Below are positions 60,711 through 64,000 of a stretch of 64,000 nt of DNA, piece after piece. The notes under the pieces were generated by a model that was not told where the DNA came from, did no database searches, and worked only from the letters and a program-made list of their open reading frames with translations. Every line of letters begins with the position of its first letter. Within the stretch, counting starts at the first letter, position 1. The translations under genes were made by a program, and so were the position numbers. The stretch is from assembly GCA_011109175.1 (NCBI GenBank), contig RDEW01000025.1, positions 589,990-653,989 of the forward strand, read 5' to 3'. This DNA is from Dicyema japonicum. Taxonomy: Eukaryota > Animalia > Dicyemida.

Positions 60711-61740
60711 TCAAAGAGCTACAATCACAACAAACAGCAACCCAATGTTAGCATTCAGTTTGGCATACACCTTTAAAGGGTGGTCTCTCCTCGTTGAGGA
60801 CATGCTGTAGGCAACGTCTCCGTCAAGTTTCATTAAAAGCTAAAATAACCACAAAGGCTACATTTCTATCAGGAATATACGACCGGACCTCAGCCACGCG
60901 CTCAAAGTCAATATTCCCAATTTCCACCCTAAATCAGTTTCAACCAAAATATACGGTTTTTCCACCGTTTTCTCGTCCTCCGAGCTGAAACGAAGTTCTA
61001 AGAAAATAAACCCACCAATTCACCATTCTCGGACGAATCAACATGGATTTCAAATTTTGAAAGATCAATTTTGTCACCTTCTTCCTGAAATTCTGGAACT
61101 AGTTCAACGTCGATTAAGTGAAGGAATTTTATACGCCTGGATTTACGATAAATAACCCAACTTGAGAAGGAAGTTGTAGTCACGGGCAATGCGTGGATAT
61201 TCTATGTCCACTGAGTCCTCAAGGTCATCCGTCTGGTTCATTAATTCATAAAAACGCATCCTCAGGGACTTTAGATCGTCATTAGCAGATATTTTGGCCA
61301 TTTTGGGAAACCCAGGATACAAACACGGAGTGATAGGGTCTTCATAATCAAGTATCACTACTAAGAAGTAGTAATACGAGGAATTTTTGCTTACTTTATC
61401 TGTAAAAGAATCCAGAGACTAAAATTAGTTGAAAGACGTTTACTTCAAGGCGTTTGCTGAAAAAATATGAATCTGGGTCACAGACTTTCTTTTTATATGT
61501 GAAAACGCCACAAATCCCACAAAAGTATTCGTCCTGGTCAGTCCTTTCACTTGTTATGTAACGGAGAGACTCGTATTCCTGTTATTTAGGTGTAAAAATA
61601 ACATATTTTACTTCTATCTGAGTTGAGTCAATCTTGATAAACTCATCTGAGTAAGATTCTGCCAATTTCAATTAAATAAAACCAGTATCCGTCAAAAAAT
61701 CAACTTTGAAGTTGCCACAAGTGCAGAGAAACCTTGTCAT
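60711..61740 (-). CDS. Probable PRAS40/Lobe-like protein (N-terminal CxC...CxxC zinc module, C-terminal D-x-x-R-V/I-A motif)
   Basis: Manual splice: MTRFLCTCGNF...YFCGICGVFTY...coiled region...NIDFERVAEVRSY...DGDV. The gene is well supported; the family call and 3' end are tentative. Confidence 0.45.
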
Positions 61741-61880
61741 TTGAAGATCAATAATCTATTATTTTTTTAAATTAATTAATTTATTTTTTTGCAGAATAAA
61801 GTAATGGAAAATAAACTAAATGTAATACGCATGACTTTTTATCATAAATTGTGTTAATATCTTAAGGATTGAATAACTTG

Positions 61881-62125
61881 GCCGGGTGGCGCCATGTGGT
61901 GCTATGTGGCTAGTAGGTCAAATTTTATTTTTTTTCTTTCCGATGGCGTCATTTGATCCACCTTAGTGAGGAGACGTCCAATGCTTTGCCAGCATCAAGA
62001 GGATCCAATTATTTTTTCCCCGGGGACAATGTCGTTACCTGGAGACAAGTTCTGGAATGCTGGAACGAATCAGGATCAAGGGGTTAGTTAGTTTGGTTAC
62101 CCTTGGTCTTTAAAATTAATTTAAT
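61881..62125 (+). mobile_element. Short retroposon family 2, subfamily b, full-length
   Basis: Head GCCGGGTGGCGCCATGTGGTGCT and second motif TGGCGTCATTTGATCCACC as in 2a. The 3' half differs and ends with a LINE-B-like tail. Confidence 0.82.
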
Positions 62126-62169
62126 ATTAATTTGTTGTGAATTGGTGGGTTGATTGGGTTGTAAAAAAA

Positions 62170-62320
62170 CCGAGGAACCGTTGCGACTACGAGAAACCAC
62201 TTATACTGCTGATGCGTACTTGCGTGGACTCGAGGGAGGATCATTGTGCAAGCTGAAGTCTCTTTTGGAGCGTGCCCAGATCACGTCGTAGTTAGTTTAA
62301 TGTTACCGTGGTCTTTGGAA
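62170..62320 (+). mobile_element. LINE-B-like 3' tail fragment
   Basis: gatcacgtcgtagttagtttaatgttaccgtggtctt versus 29281-29317. Confidence 0.65.
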
Positions 62321-62379
62321 TTTTTTTTCATTTTTAATTGTAAAGAATGAAATATCCTTTATTGATTTAAGTCAACGAC

Positions 62380-64000
62380 CTCGGAGCTTTTGAGCTCTGA
62401 CAATACTATGGAACAGATCACAATCAAATTTTAGCTCTCCCTATCCTTTTGGATCAATTTGGTCAACTTGTACATTCCTCCACAAGGATCCTGTCCAACA
62501 TCCTACACCCACAATCTATCCCGCCTCTCAACACTAAAGAACTTACTAATATACGGCGACATCAATGCGCGACTCCCTGTTTGGTTTGCTTCAAAGTCGA
62601 CCGAGGTAAGTTCATCGCAAATGGTCTTATTGATATGATTGTCCTGAAAGATCATAATTTACACATAAGGACCCCATTAAGGAGCACCGATAGTAACACA
62701 TCTCCCTATTTAACCTGATGTTCTCCTTTTTAGCAGGACTTGAATTATGGTTTTTCTAGCGACCACAATCCCATCCTTCTTATGTTAAGAGAATTTCGAA
62801 GACGCCAGACACAGGAGACTGAAGTGGAAATAGGAAGGTTGATTGGTCTGACTTCAGTAACTTCGTTGACATAGAATTGGCCAAAGGACTCTCATCACAA
62901 ATACTTTCGTTAGATGAGTCCGCGAAAGTTATCAGTGTGGCTATTGAAAAGGCTGATAATGTATTCCTCTCTCATCATGCACGAATTTATACCCTCAATT
63001 CTCGGTCGCTAAAACTCATAAAACGAGGAACTTTGTCAAACGATGCCATCTGATAGATTTTAAATCTTAAACCATCAGACAACTAAATAAAAGTAACAAC
63101 CAGAGAATAAAGACCACCAGGTTCAGAGATGGCATCACCTGGGTAAAGTTCATCCCATCAATTCTGGAAAGCACTAAACAAATTAAATCAGAGTTGGAAA
63201 ATGGCAATGGAGCCGGTAACTCTTTTCCAAAACACGTGTGTCATATACACCCTTTCCTACTGGTGAAACATTATGCTGAGATCAACTTAAATCATTCTCG
63301 AAACACCCGAATATCAATACGTGCCCATAAACCGAAGAAGGAACCCTATAAGAACTATTTTCAGACAAGTAGGTCTCAGAGGTTATCACCAGATTAAAAA
63401 ACTCATGGCTCTGCGGCCCTGATAAAATATCTTCGATTCATCTAAAACAACTAGACCACTATTTGATTATTACCTCTGGAAGATCCACCACTACGCATTT
63501 AACTACACTATCTCAATTTATTTTTTTCCAAACCTATAGCTGTAGTTGGCAAACTTTCTTTCTAGAAGACATGGGAGAGTCATCTGTGGTCACCTCAGAT
63601 CAAGGTCACGATTACTACCAACCGGAGTATCCCAAGGTTCTCCGCTTTCTCCGACTCTCTTCAACCTATTCCTCCAAGACTTACCAATTGACGGGACGAA
63701 GACTCCTTGTTACTATTCTACGCAGACGACTTAATTGCAACACACAATCGTGTTCAGAACCGGTAACAAGGTCTCCAAGCCAAGCAACTACCAAATAGTT
63801 TGCTTGGTAGTGACTAAGGACGAGCGCCAAGCTATCATTTCCAGATTTCTTTAATCATGTTGATGATACCCAGAGTTAATTTGAAGATAGTCGAGTTGAA
63901 CATCAACGGTCTTTCCAAAAAATGTATTGATTTATGTAACTTCTTCAACAATCAGTGTGGACATTTCCTTTATCCAAGAAACTAAGCTTACACGAAGCTG
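62380..64000 (+). mobile_element. Degraded I/Jockey-like LINE pieces (APE remnant, RT, and a new APE start at about 63870)
   Basis: GDINARL, GVSQGSPLSPTLFNLFLQDLP, FYADDL, KIVELNINGL..FLIQETKL. Confidence 0.8.

Noticed and set aside
1-64000. Microsporidian or bacterial origin of the contig
   Set aside because: Intron-rich Ig/FN3 receptors, calbindin-like, Atos, SMIM12 and GEMIN7 genes indicate an animal. The standard genetic code argues against a ciliate.

Overview
AT-rich animal genomic DNA. I saw no CRISPR array, rRNA gene or intact tRNA gene. About ten host genes can be assembled by hand using very short GT-AG introns (mostly 21-26 nt): mitochondrial glycerol-3-phosphate dehydrogenase (GPD2, two apparent lesions), an Atos/FAM214 homolog, two divergent Ig-superfamily single-pass receptors, SMIM12, GEMIN7, a decayed six-EF-hand calbindin/calretinin-like gene, a probable PRAS40/Lobe-like gene, a small SAXO-like protein and one unassignable multi-exon gene whose 3' part is duplicated at the window start. 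Metazoan-type genes with tiny introns and this transposon set suggest a myxozoan cnidarian parasite; this is inference, and dicyemid or orthonectid origins are not excluded. Most of the rest is decayed, nested transposons: I/Jockey-like LINEs, RTE-like LINEs, R4/NeSL-type RLE retrotransposons, a CRE-like tail, Tigger/pogo, hAT (Buster and others), Ginger2-like integrase elements, a TIR-bounded non-autonomous element and three short retroposon families. The least expected features are: (i) a short retroposon family with no B-box, a conserved head and two alternative LINE-derived tails; (ii) a 3'-terminal motif shared by unrelated retroelement clades; and (iii) telomere-like tracts next to Ginger2-like integrases. 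All exon structures, family assignments and most element boundaries are manual and approximate.
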